Shown: piece after piece, positions 28,944 through 37,454 of the stretch
How the letters are laid out: the number at the start of each line of letters is the position of its first letter
How positions within the stretch are numbered: position 1 is the stretch's first letter
Assembly: GCA_964520585.1 (NCBI GenBank)
Contig: CAZFOO010000004.1
Span: 13,839 to 77,838, forward strand
Source of the DNA: an uncultured Bacteroidales bacterium
GTDB lineage: Bacteria > Bacteroidota > Bacteroidia > Bacteroidales > PUMT01
DNA: 64,000 nucleotides
Direction of reading: 5' to 3'
The notes under the pieces: generated by a model
What the model was told of the DNA's origin: nothing
Seen by the model: only the letters and a program-made list of their open reading frames with translations
Database searches by the model: none
Translations under genes and position numbers: made by a program

Positions 28944-28951
28944 TAAATTTG
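28944..28951 (+). promoter_or_regulatory. candidate Bacteroidota -7 promoter box for the nqr operon
   Basis: TAAATTTG fits the TAnnTTTG consensus, 29 nt upstream of the nqrA ATG. TTTG words lie about 11 and 23 nt upstream. Confidence 0.3.
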
Positions 28952-28979
28952 TTGCATTTTAAGAATTCAATAATATAAA

Positions 28980-30332
28980 ATGTCGAAGGTAATAAAGCTG
29001 AAAAAAGGCCTTAATATACCATTGAAAGGAAAAGCAGAAAAAGTGCTGGTGAAACCCGATCTCCCGGGTCAGTTCGCTATAAAGCCTGCAGACTTTTATG
29101 GTATCAGACCCAAAATGCTCGTCCACGTTGACGACCAGGTCAAAGCAGGAACTCCCTTGTTTTTTGACAAGTACAATCCGGATGTATTTTTCACCTCCCC
29201 GGTTAGTGGGAAAATCGTTGCCGTAAACAGAGGTGAACGCCGGAAGATTCTTGAAGTGGTCATAAAAAAGGGAGCACAGATGGAATATGAAGAGTTTGAC
29301 AAGGCTGACCCTCTGTCCCTTAGCAGAGAAGAAATTGTGAGCCGTCTTTTGAGAAGCGGATTATGGCCTTTGATCAAACAACGGCCCTATGGGTTAATAC
29401 CCAAACCTGAAGACCGTCCGCGGTCTATTTTCATTTCCGGATTCGATACGGCTCCGCTGGCTCCTGATTATGATTTCATTATGAAAGATTCAGCGAATGA
29501 ATTTCAGGCTGGTATAAATGTTTTGAAGCAATTGACTGATGGCAGAATACATCTTAATGTAAATGCAGAAAATCCTGTATTGGATGTGTATTCAAATACA
29601 AAGGGTGTCCAGTTAAATTACTTTTCAGGACCTCATCCGGCAGGAAATCCAGGTGTGCAGATTCACCATATTGATCCCATTCACAAAAACGGAAAAGTGT
29701 GGCATATCGGTCCACAGGATGTCCTGATCTTCGGCCGTTTGTTTTTAAACGGGGTGGCAGATTTCTCACGTACGGTTGCTTTTACCGGCTCTGAAGTCCT
29801 CAAGCCGCGTTATCACAAAACCATTATGGGGGCATCTGTAAGTACTATTCTGAAGGATAATGTAAAAGAAGGAAACCTAAGATATATCAGTGGGAACGTT
29901 TTAACCGGGAAAAAAATACCATCGGAAGGCTTTTTAGGGTTTTTTGATTCCCAGGTAACAGTTATACCGGAAGGTGACCACCACCGGTTTATGGGATGGG
30001 CAGAACCCGGACTTGAAAGATTCAGTGCATCCCGGGCGTTTTTCTCCTGGTTAATGCCAGACAGGCGCTATGTTCATGATACCAATTATAACGGAGGGCC
30101 CAGGGCATACGTGATGACTTCTGAATATGAAAAGGTGCTTCCCATGGATATATTAGCCCAGCAGCTTGTAAAAGCCATTATTGTTGAAGATATTGATAAG
30201 ATGGAAAACCTGGGAATATATGAGGTCATTGAAGAAGATCTTGCACTTTGCGAATATGTATGTACTTCAAAGACTGAAGTGCAGTCAATACTCAGGGGAG
30301 GCATTGAGATGATGATAAAGGAAACCAGTTGA
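28980..30332 (+). CDS. nqrA: Na+-translocating NADH:quinone reductase subunit A
   Basis: 450 aa, first gene of a collinear nqrABCDEF set, with N-terminal MSKVIKLKKGLNIPLKG as in NqrA. Confidence 0.9.
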   Translation: MSKVIKLKKGLNIPLKGKAEKVLVKPDLPGQFAIKPADFYGIRPKMLVHVDDQVKAGTPLFFDKYNPDVFFTSPVSGKIVAVNRGERRKILEVVIKKGAQMEYEEFDKADPLSLSREEIVSRLLRSGLWPLIKQRPYGLIPKPEDRPRSIFISGFDTAPLAPDYDFIMKDSANEFQAGINVLKQLTDGRIHLNVNAENPVLDVYSNTKGVQLNYFSGPHPAGNPGVQIHHIDPIHKNGKVWHIGPQDVLIFGRLFLNGVADFSRTVAFTGSEVLKPRYHKTIMGASVSTILKDNVKEGNLRYISGNVLTGKKIPSEGFLGFFDSQVTVIPEGDHHRFMGWAEPGLERFSASRAFFSWLMPDRRYVHDTNYNGGPRAYVMTSEYEKVLPMDILAQQLVKAIIVEDIDKMENLGIYEVIEEDLALCEYVCTSKTEVQSILRGGIEMMIKETS

Positions 30333-30398
30333 TAAAGGAAACCAGTTGATAAAGGAAACCAGCTGATAATAAAAACCAGCTGATAATAAAAACCGGGA
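30314..30398 (+). repeat. 17-bp tandem repeat, 5 units, spanning the nqrA stop codon
   Basis: GATAAAGGAAACCAGTT x2, GATAAAGGAAACCAGCT, GATAATAAAAACCAGCT, GATAATAAAAACCGGGA. The nqrA TGA (30330-30332) spans the junction of units 1 and 2. Confidence 0.9.
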
Positions 30399-30432
30399 AT
30401 TGTTCTTCGTTAAATAATTAACTATATATAAA

Positions 30433-31599
30433 GTGAAGTTACTAAGAAAAAAAATAGATAAGATAAAGCCTCACTTTCAGAAGGGCGGTCGTTTTGAAAA
30501 ACTGCACTCTACATTCGACGCATTTGAGACCTTTTTGTTTGTGCCCGATAAAGTAACGGACCGTGGTGCTCATATACGTGATGCAATCGATATGAAAAGA
30601 ACCATGATCATTGTGGTGGTTGCAATGATCCCTACCCTTTTGTTTGGTATGTGGAATGTTGGATACCAGCATAATATCGCCTTCGGAATTGATCCGGGTT
30701 TTTGGGAAACATTCTGGTATGGTTTTCTGGAAGTACTGCCGATAATTATTGTTTCTTATGTCAGCGGACTTGCCGTGGAATTTATTTTTGCCCAGATACG
30801 CGGACACGAAGTAAATGAGGGGTTTTTGGTTACCGGCATGTTAATACCGCTTATTGTTCCTGTTGATGTTCCTTTATGGATGGTCTCGGTTGCAACCATT
30901 TTTGCCGTAATAATTGGTAAGGAAGCATTTGGAGGTACCGGGATGAATATTCTGAATCCTGCTCTTACTGCAAGGGCTTTTTTGTTTTTTGCCTATCCTG
31001 TCTATATGTCCGGTGACAATGTATGGATCTCCGGGCTAATGAATGGCGAGGGAGTAGTTGATGGATTTTCCGGTGCTACTCCTCTGGCATATGCTGCCCA
31101 GGGTAATATTGATGCCGTTCCATCAGCTTTGGAGATGTTTATTGGTACCATACCAGGTTCAATAGGCGAGACATCAACCCTGGCCATATTAATAGGTGCT
31201 GGTTTGCTTTGGCTTACCGGGATTGGAAGTATGAGAATAATGGCATCGGTTTTTGCCGGGGGACTGGTAATGGGATTGATTCTGAATGCTCTTGCTGTCA
31301 ATCCGTTTATGGAGATACCTGCATGGGAGCATCTTATTATGGGAGGCTTTGCCTTTGGAGCAGTATATATGGCGACCGATCCGGTTACGGCATCGCAGAC
31401 AACCAGGGGGAAATATATTTATGGTTTCCTGATCGGGTTCCTGGCAATTCTGATCAGGGTGCTGAACCCCGCATTTCCTGAAGGTATGATGCTTGCCATA
31501 TTGTTTATGAATGTATTTGCCCCGCTCATAGACTATAATGTTATGCAGGCCAATATAAAACGCAGGATAAAACGTGCAAATGCAGGTTCTAATAATTAA
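30433..31599 (+). CDS. nqrB: Na+-NQR subunit B
   Basis: 388 aa, polytopic, with the GFSGATPLA FMN-attachment motif. GTG start. Confidence 0.9.
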   Translation: MKLLRKKIDKIKPHFQKGGRFEKLHSTFDAFETFLFVPDKVTDRGAHIRDAIDMKRTMIIVVVAMIPTLLFGMWNVGYQHNIAFGIDPGFWETFWYGFLEVLPIIIVSYVSGLAVEFIFAQIRGHEVNEGFLVTGMLIPLIVPVDVPLWMVSVATIFAVIIGKEAFGGTGMNILNPALTARAFLFFAYPVYMSGDNVWISGLMNGEGVVDGFSGATPLAYAAQGNIDAVPSALEMFIGTIPGSIGETSTLAILIGAGLLWLTGIGSMRIMASVFAGGLVMGLILNALAVNPFMEIPAWEHLIMGGFAFGAVYMATDPVTASQTTRGKYIYGFLIGFLAILIRVLNPAFPEGMMLAILFMNVFAPLIDYNVMQANIKRRIKRANAGSNN

Positions 31600-31610
31600 A
31601 ATTTGCTGTA

Positions 31611-32345
31611 ATGAAGGATAGTAATACCTATATATTTTTATATGCTTCTGCAATGGTTGTTATTGTAGCAGCCGTGCTTTCCGCCGTGGCTACCTTATTG
31701 AAGCCTTACCAGGACCTTAATGTGGAGATGGCCAAGAAACTGGATATCCTCCGGTCCGTTGAAAAAGCTGAAATGCTTGCCGAAGCTGATAACAAGACAT
31801 CATATATTAATGATGAATATGAAAAATATATTGTGGATAGCTATGTTATCGATCATAACGGAGAAATTCAGGAAGGAATTGATGCATTTGAAGTCAATGT
31901 CAGGGAAGAGAACCGGAAACCGGTTGAACAGAGGAATCTGCCAATTTTCGTGGCCAGGGATAATGACGGTAGCGAGAATTTTATTATACCTGTTTACGGC
32001 CGGGGATTATGGGGCCCTGTCTTTGGCTATATAGCCCTTGAAGATGATTATAACACCATCTTCGGGGTCATTTTTGATCATGAAGGAGAGACACCAGGAC
32101 TTGGCGCAGAGATAAGTACCCCTGTATTTGAGAATCAGTTTAAAGGAAAAAAAATCTTTGATGAAGCAGGTGAATTCGTTTCGGTAGATGTAGTCAAGCC
32201 TGGAGCAGTATCACTTAATGAGCACAGGGTTGACGGCATTTCAGGAGGGACTATAACCGGTAACGGGGTTGACGCCATGCTCGAAGATACACTTGGTAGT
32301 TATGTGTCATATTTTAGAAAACAAAAAAATGGGAATCATGAGTAA
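31611..32345 (+). CDS. nqrC: Na+-NQR subunit C
   Basis: 244 aa with one TM segment and the GISGGTITGNG FMN-attachment motif. Confidence 0.9.
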   Translation: MKDSNTYIFLYASAMVVIVAAVLSAVATLLKPYQDLNVEMAKKLDILRSVEKAEMLAEADNKTSYINDEYEKYIVDSYVIDHNGEIQEGIDAFEVNVREENRKPVEQRNLPIFVARDNDGSENFIIPVYGRGLWGPVFGYIALEDDYNTIFGVIFDHEGETPGLGAEISTPVFENQFKGKKIFDEAGEFVSVDVVKPGAVSLNEHRVDGISGGTITGNGVDAMLEDTLGSYVSYFRKQKNGNHE

Positions 32346-32991
32346 AACCGATAAAGAGCCTTTGTTTTCAGGAAAAAATTTAAAATTGCTGAGCACACCA
32401 CTAAATGATGAGAATCCGATTACCGTCCAGGTGCTTGGTATTTGTTCTGCCCTGGCGGTAACCGCAATGCTGGAACCTGCCGTGGTACTGGCAATTGCCG
32501 TAGTTGTAGTTATGGGAGCGGCCAATGTGATCATTTCATTGCTCAGAAACACCATACCCTCCCGCATCCGAATAATCGTTCAACTGGTGGTAATTGCATC
32601 GCTGGTTATCCTGGTCGATCAGGTCCTGGAGGCTTTCTTCTATGATGTCAGCAGGCAATTATCCGTTTTTGTGGGACTAATTATTACTAACTGTATCATC
32701 ATGGGCCGCCTGGAAGCTTTTGCCCTGAGTAACAAACCCTGGCCGTCATTTCTTGATGGAATCGGCAATGCTGCAGGTTATGGATGGATCCTTATTGTAG
32801 TTGGTTTTTTCAGGGAGCTGCTTGGATCAGGTAATTTATGGGGCTATCCCGTAATGGAGACCCTTGGTGTATATAATTTTGGATATGAGGATAACGGGTT
32901 CATGATTTTACCACCCATGGCACTGATAACAGTAGGTGTCATTATCTGGGTGCAGAGATCCCGTAACAGGAAGTTGATTGAAACAAAATAA
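32338..32991 (+). CDS. nqrD: Na+-NQR subunit D
   Basis: Polytopic. ATG at 32338 (MSKTDKEPLF) overlaps the nqrC stop by 8 nt. The upstream part of the track ORF lies inside nqrC. Confidence 0.9.
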   Translation: MSKTDKEPLFSGKNLKLLSTPLNDENPITVQVLGICSALAVTAMLEPAVVLAIAVVVVMGAANVIISLLRNTIPSRIRIIVQLVVIASLVILVDQVLEAFFYDVSRQLSVFVGLIITNCIIMGRLEAFALSNKPWPSFLDGIGNAAGYGWILIVVGFFRELLGSGNLWGYPVMETLGVYNFGYEDNGFMILPPMALITVGVIIWVQRSRNRKLIETK

Positions 32992-33000
32992 AAATCTGAT

Positions 33001-33621
33001 ATGATGGAAGAATTAACCAGTATATTTGTCCGGTCGGTTTTTATCGACAATATGGTGTTTGCCTATTTCCTTGGAATGTGTTCTTATCTTGCAGTATCAA
33101 GGACCGTTAGTACAGCCAACGGGCTGGGTATTGCTGTTGTGTTTGTTCTTGGCTTTACAGTACCGATAAACTATCTCATCGAAAATTATTTTTTAAGTGA
33201 AGGTGCCCTGGTATGGCTGGGGGATAATTTTGCCGGTGTTGATCTTAGTTTTCTCAGTTTCATCTTGTTTATTGCTGTAATTGCCTCAATGGTTCAGCTC
33301 GTGGAAATGATCGTTGAGAAATTTGTGCCTGCCCTCTACTCTTCACTTGGAATATTCCTGCCCCTGATTGCGGTTAATTGTGCAATACTGGGAGGCTCGC
33401 TTTTTATGCAGGAAAGAGAATACGCCAATATAGGTCAGGCATCTGTTTTCGGTTTTGGTTCCGGCGTCGGTTTTTATCTTGCAATAGTTGGAATCGCAGC
33501 AATACGTGAAAAGATAAAATATTCCAATGTGCCCGGACCATTACGTGGACTGGGTATTACATTTATAGTGACTGGATTGATGGGAATAGCATTTATGAGT
33601 TTTATGGGTATTGCACTATAG
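33001..33621 (+). CDS. nqrE: Na+-NQR subunit E
   Basis: 206 aa, polytopic, at the position expected in the operon. Confidence 0.9.
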   Translation: MMEELTSIFVRSVFIDNMVFAYFLGMCSYLAVSRTVSTANGLGIAVVFVLGFTVPINYLIENYFLSEGALVWLGDNFAGVDLSFLSFILFIAVIASMVQLVEMIVEKFVPALYSSLGIFLPLIAVNCAILGGSLFMQEREYANIGQASVFGFGSGVGFYLAIVGIAAIREKIKYSNVPGPLRGLGITFIVTGLMGIAFMSFMGIAL

Positions 33622-33662
33622 GTTGAAGATATTGAATTGAATAAATTATAAAGTAAAGCCAT

Positions 33663-34919
33663 ATGATCTTATTAGCATCCCAGGGACAGATTATTCTGGT
33701 AAGCATTTTAGTTTTTTTTGTGGTCATTCTGACCCTGGTATCTGTTCTTCTGTATGCCAAATCCAGATTAACACCTTCGGGAGAAGTTAATCTTAATATA
33801 AACGGCGATAAGGATTTGTCGGTTAAACCCGGATCTACGGTTCTTTCAACACTTTCTGACAATAAGATATATCTGCCTTCGGCATGCGGTGGCGGAGGTA
33901 CTTGTGCTCAATGCAAATGCCAGGTCCTGGAAGGCGGTGGCACCATCCTGCCAACCGAAAAGGATTTCTTTACGCGGCGCGAACAGCAGGAAAACTGGAG
34001 ACTTGGATGCCAGGTTAAAATACGTGAAGACATGAAAATCCATGTTCCCGAAGAGGTGATGGGAATCAGGAAATGGGAGTGTGAAGTAATAAGCAACGAG
34101 AATGTAGCCACTTTTATAAAAGAGTTTGTCGTTAAGCTGCCCGAGGGAGAAAAAATGGATTTCAGGTCTGGAGGATATATCCAGATCGATGTACCGAAAG
34201 TCGATGTTGATTTCAAGGATATTGATGTGCAGGAAGAGTTCAGGGAGGAATGGGATCAGTTCAATATGTGGGACCTTAAGATGAAAAACCCTGAGCCCAC
34301 TTTCCGTGCCTATTCCATGGCAAATCATCCTGCCGAAGGAAATATTGTGAAATTAAATATACGGATAGCTACTCCTCCCTGGGATCGTTCCAAAGGAACG
34401 TTTAAAAATGTAAACCCCGGTGTTTGTTCTTCTTATATATTCTCAAGGAAACCGGGAGACAAAGTTACCATTTCAGGCCCTTACGGGGAGTTTTTCATAA
34501 AAGAGACGGATAGTGAGATGGTATATATTGGTGGGGGTGCCGGCATGGCCCCTTTACGCTCACACCTTTTCCACCTTTTCCATACCGAAAAGACAACCAG
34601 AAAGGTCTCTTACTGGTATGGCGCCCGGTCACTGCGGGAAGTATTTTATGAAGAAGATTTCAGGAAAATAGAGAAAGAATTTCCCAATTTTAAATTCCAT
34701 ATAGCTCTTTCCGAGCCAAAGGCCGAGGATAACTGGGAAGGTTATACCGGGTTTATACATCAGGTAGCATATGACAATTATCTTAGCAAACATGAGGATC
34801 CTGATGATATAGAATACTATCTGTGTGGACCACCCATAATGAATGATTCGGTACTTAAAATGCTTTATGATCTTGGTGTGCCCGATGAAATGATCGATCT
34901 GGATGATTTTGGCGGATAA
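33663..34919 (+). CDS. nqrF: Na+-NQR subunit F
   Basis: N-terminal TM segment, [12 protein letters not shown] 2Fe-2S ferredoxin motif, RAYSMAN FAD motif and a NADH-binding domain. Confidence 0.9.
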   Translation: MILLASQGQIILVSILVFFVVILTLVSVLLYAKSRLTPSGEVNLNINGDKDLSVKPGSTVLSTLSDNKIYLPSACGGGGTCAQCKCQVLEGGGTILPTEKDFFTRREQQENWRLGCQVKIREDMKIHVPEEVMGIRKWECEVISNENVATFIKEFVVKLPEGEKMDFRSGGYIQIDVPKVDVDFKDIDVQEEFREEWDQFNMWDLKMKNPEPTFRAYSMANHPAEGNIVKLNIRIATPPWDRSKGTFKNVNPGVCSSYIFSRKPGDKVTISGPYGEFFIKETDSEMVYIGGGAGMAPLRSHLFHLFHTEKTTRKVSYWYGARSLREVFYEEDFRKIEKEFPNFKFHIALSEPKAEDNWEGYTGFIHQVAYDNYLSKHEDPDDIEYYLCGPPIMNDSVLKMLYDLGVPDEMIDLDDFGG

Positions 34920-35208
34920 TAATTATCTCCCCCTTAAAGAACAGTCCGCGCCAGCCAATTTAATTGCCGGATGATGATCATATCCAGGCCTTATATAATA
35001 ATGCTTTGTGTCAGGCGTTATTTCATCAGACCTTCGGGCAACCTGGCATGCCATAAGAAGTTTTTTAGCAGTATTTTTCAGATGTGAATTGACTTTCGCC
35101 CGACTTCACATGAGGGTCTGATGAATGAATATTTTGTTATTATTATTGTGTGCGGAATTGTTTTTGATATGGTTTGTTTTATATGTTGGATAATTTAAAT
35201 TTTTGTTG

Positions 35209-36210
35209 ATGAGGAAATTGGTTTTCTGCTTTTTGTTTTTGCTTGTAATAATTTCCTGTAACAGGGAGGAGCAAAAAAATTTTTTGTTTTTGGAAGGATT
35301 TACACAGGGCACCAGTTACCATATAGCTTATAATTCCCCTGATTCTGTTGATTATCATGAGGACCTGAAAGAAATATTCCGGCAGATAGATAATTCAATG
35401 TCGGTGTATAATCCATCCTCGGTTATCTCTTCCATAAACCGGAATGAGAACGGCTATGAGATGGATGATTATTTTATCTCTGTTTTTGAACGGTCACAGG
35501 AGATGTCGGAGAAAACCGGAGGAGCTTTTGATATAACTGTCGGGCCCCTGGTCAATGCATGGGGGTTCGGATTTACGGAAAGAGAAAATATAAACCAACA
35601 ATTGATCGACAGCTTATTACAGGTTGTAGGCTGGGAGAAGGTCCGACTTGTTGATCGTTCTGTTGAAAAGGATCATCCTGACATAATGCTGGATGTAAAT
35701 GCCATTGCCAAGGGATATACGGTTGATGTTGTTGCGGAATACCTTGATTCTAAAGGAGTTGATGATTATATGGTTGAGATAGGCGGAGAGATAAGACTAA
35801 AAGGGACCAATCGTGATAATATACTGTGGCGCATCGGGGTGGACAAGCCCGTGGATGACCCTATGGCTACGAGCAGGGATCTTCAGGAGGTATTGCAGCT
35901 GACTGGAAAGTCTATAGCTACATCAGGTAATTACCGCAAGTTTTATGTTAAAGACGGGCAGAAGTTTGCACATACCATAAATCCGGAAACCGGCTATCCT
36001 GTGCAGCATAATCTTCTTAGTGCAACAGTAGTTGCATCTGCTACCATGGATGCCGATGCCTGGGCGACCGCCTTTATGGTTATGGGACTGAAGGAGAGTA
36101 TGGAGGTGGCCAACAGTCAGCCTGATCTGGAAGCATATTTTATTTATGATCTCAACGGTGTTTCAGCCGTAGCTTATACAGATGGTTTTGAGGAGCTTAT
36201 CAGAAAATAG
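35209..36210 (+). CDS. apbE: FAD:protein FMN transferase (lipoprotein)
   Basis: Lipobox VIISC and an ApbE-family body (GAFDITVGPL, IAKGY, ATSGNY), directly after nqrF. ATG at 35209; the track start is a TTG. Confidence 0.85.
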   Translation: MRKLVFCFLFLLVIISCNREEQKNFLFLEGFTQGTSYHIAYNSPDSVDYHEDLKEIFRQIDNSMSVYNPSSVISSINRNENGYEMDDYFISVFERSQEMSEKTGGAFDITVGPLVNAWGFGFTERENINQQLIDSLLQVVGWEKVRLVDRSVEKDHPDIMLDVNAIAKGYTVDVVAEYLDSKGVDDYMVEIGGEIRLKGTNRDNILWRIGVDKPVDDPMATSRDLQEVLQLTGKSIATSGNYRKFYVKDGQKFAHTINPETGYPVQHNLLSATVVASATMDADAWATAFMVMGLKESMEVANSQPDLEAYFIYDLNGVSAVAYTDGFEELIRK

Positions 36211-36294
36211 ATTCTTTTGCTTCAGAAAGGTTCAGCATGGCTGAAGGAGTCGTCCATTATGTTCAATCTCGCTGATTTTTGCCTTATTCAAGTT

Positions 36295-36492
36295 TTAAGA
36301 CTGATCAGCATTGCTGCAGGGCTCTCCCCTGCCACATCCGCAGGTTATGCCTCTTTCTTCAAGCCCGGGGCTACTTCTGCATGAACCTCCTGAAAATTTC
36401 CCGTCTTTCACAAATAAAAGTCTCACTGACATTGCCCCTACTGCTATAATTACGAGTACTATCGATATAATTATTATATTGAGTAATTCCAT
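36295..36492 (-). CDS. nqrM: small single-TM Cys-rich protein, NqrM (DUF539)-like
   Basis: 65 aa with one N-terminal TM helix, then KFSGGSCRSSPGLEERGITCGCGRGEPC carrying 4 Cys. Adjacent to nqr/apbE. Confidence 0.55.
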   Translation of the reverse strand: MELLNIIIISIVLVIIAVGAMSVRLLFVKDGKFSGGSCRSSPGLEERGITCGCGRGEPCSNADQS

Positions 36493-36687
36493 TTTGCAAT
36501 CTTTTAATTATGTTTATTCCTTGAAATTGTTTTAAACGTAATTGATGATTAAACAAATTTTTAGGTTAATTGTTTTGGGAAGTGCTTTGGATTTTCTTAA
36601 AACACTTGTCAGTAAAATGCGGTCATGTGCTGGAAGTTCTTTGCCTGGAAGGGATATGTGCTTTTAAAGAACTGCAGTGTGAATTTA

Positions 36688-36906
36688 TTATCTGCAGCAA
36701 GAACCCCTGTTTTTGCCATTGCCGTTACATAGCATCTCTTCGTGACGGACACATGTAATTCCGCGTTTTTGCATCTCCTTATTCCGGCCTATTGATGTGA
36801 CCGGGAATCTTCCGTTTTTCCTGATAAGGATACTGATTGACATGCCAGCGAAAACCAGGGCCATCAAAACTATAGCTACAACAAGAATCAGGATAAAATC
36901 ATTCAT
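36688..36906 (-). CDS. small single-TM Cys-containing protein, paralog of 36295-36492
   Basis: MNDFILILVVAIVLMAL...RKNGRFP...KRGITC shares its TM helix, the K.G.F motif and RGITC with the neighbour. Start taken at the ATG at 36906 because 36907-36927 overlaps repeat-flanking sequence. Confidence 0.45.
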   Translation of the reverse strand: MNDFILILVVAIVLMALVFAGMSISILIRKNGRFPVTSIGRNKEMQKRGITCVRHEEMLCNGNGKNRGSCCR

Positions 36907-36930
36907 GGCAAATATTTTATTCTGCAAAAA

Positions 36931-37090
36931 TACATGAATTTTTTTTATCCGAATTTTTCATCAGACAAAATCAGCAAAAAGTAAAGCTGGCTACATGAAA
37001 AATCGACGAAGTCAAAATACAAACAGACGGATGAAAAAAATTGACTTCGTCGATTACATATGCTATGCTCAGTACTTTTAAAGATATAGT
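36931..37090 (+). repeat. intergenic repeat family R1, copy B (intact hairpin)
   Basis: Aligns with 1753-1915. It has a perfect 15-bp inverted repeat, AATCGACGAAGTCAA (37001-37015) / TTGACTTCGTCGATT (37041-37055), with a 25-nt loop. Confidence 0.85.
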
Positions 37091-37252
37091 AAGATATGTA
37101 GTTTATGGGGAATCCTCATCAATTAAATACAGTTCGAAATAGTGTAACATGCCATAAGGATGCAACGGTTTGAAAAGCAGAGTTCCGGGCTAACGCTCTA
37201 ATAATGTATGTGTAAAGTATTACGTTTTATAAAAAACATGAGTTAAATAGAA

Positions 37253-37310
37253 GCGGTTCCCTCTGTAAGCATTAATTGATACTATTTGATTTATTAATTT
37301 TAGGTAAGAT
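37253..37310 (+). repeat. R2-like core, copy G
   Basis: GCGGTTCCCTCTGTAAGC..ATTTGATTTATTAATTTT resembles the GCGGTTCCTCCTGTAAGTC..TTTGTAATTTATTGACGAAATTTT core of 53392-53507. Confidence 0.5.
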
Positions 37311-37454
37311 TACGTAATTAACTAGCTTCAAGGTATATTCCTGAGTATTGAGAATTATGTCATATTAGCGGTAATTGAACAATTCTTTGGAATTATTCTT
37401 ATTAAATTTGTAAGATATTTACCCTGATAGCGGAAAACAGTAAACAGATAATAT

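Noticed and set aside
30314-30398. Whether the 17-bp repeat cluster could be a CRISPR array.
   Set aside because: The units are directly tandem with no spacers, and there are no cas genes. It is a simple tandem repeat.
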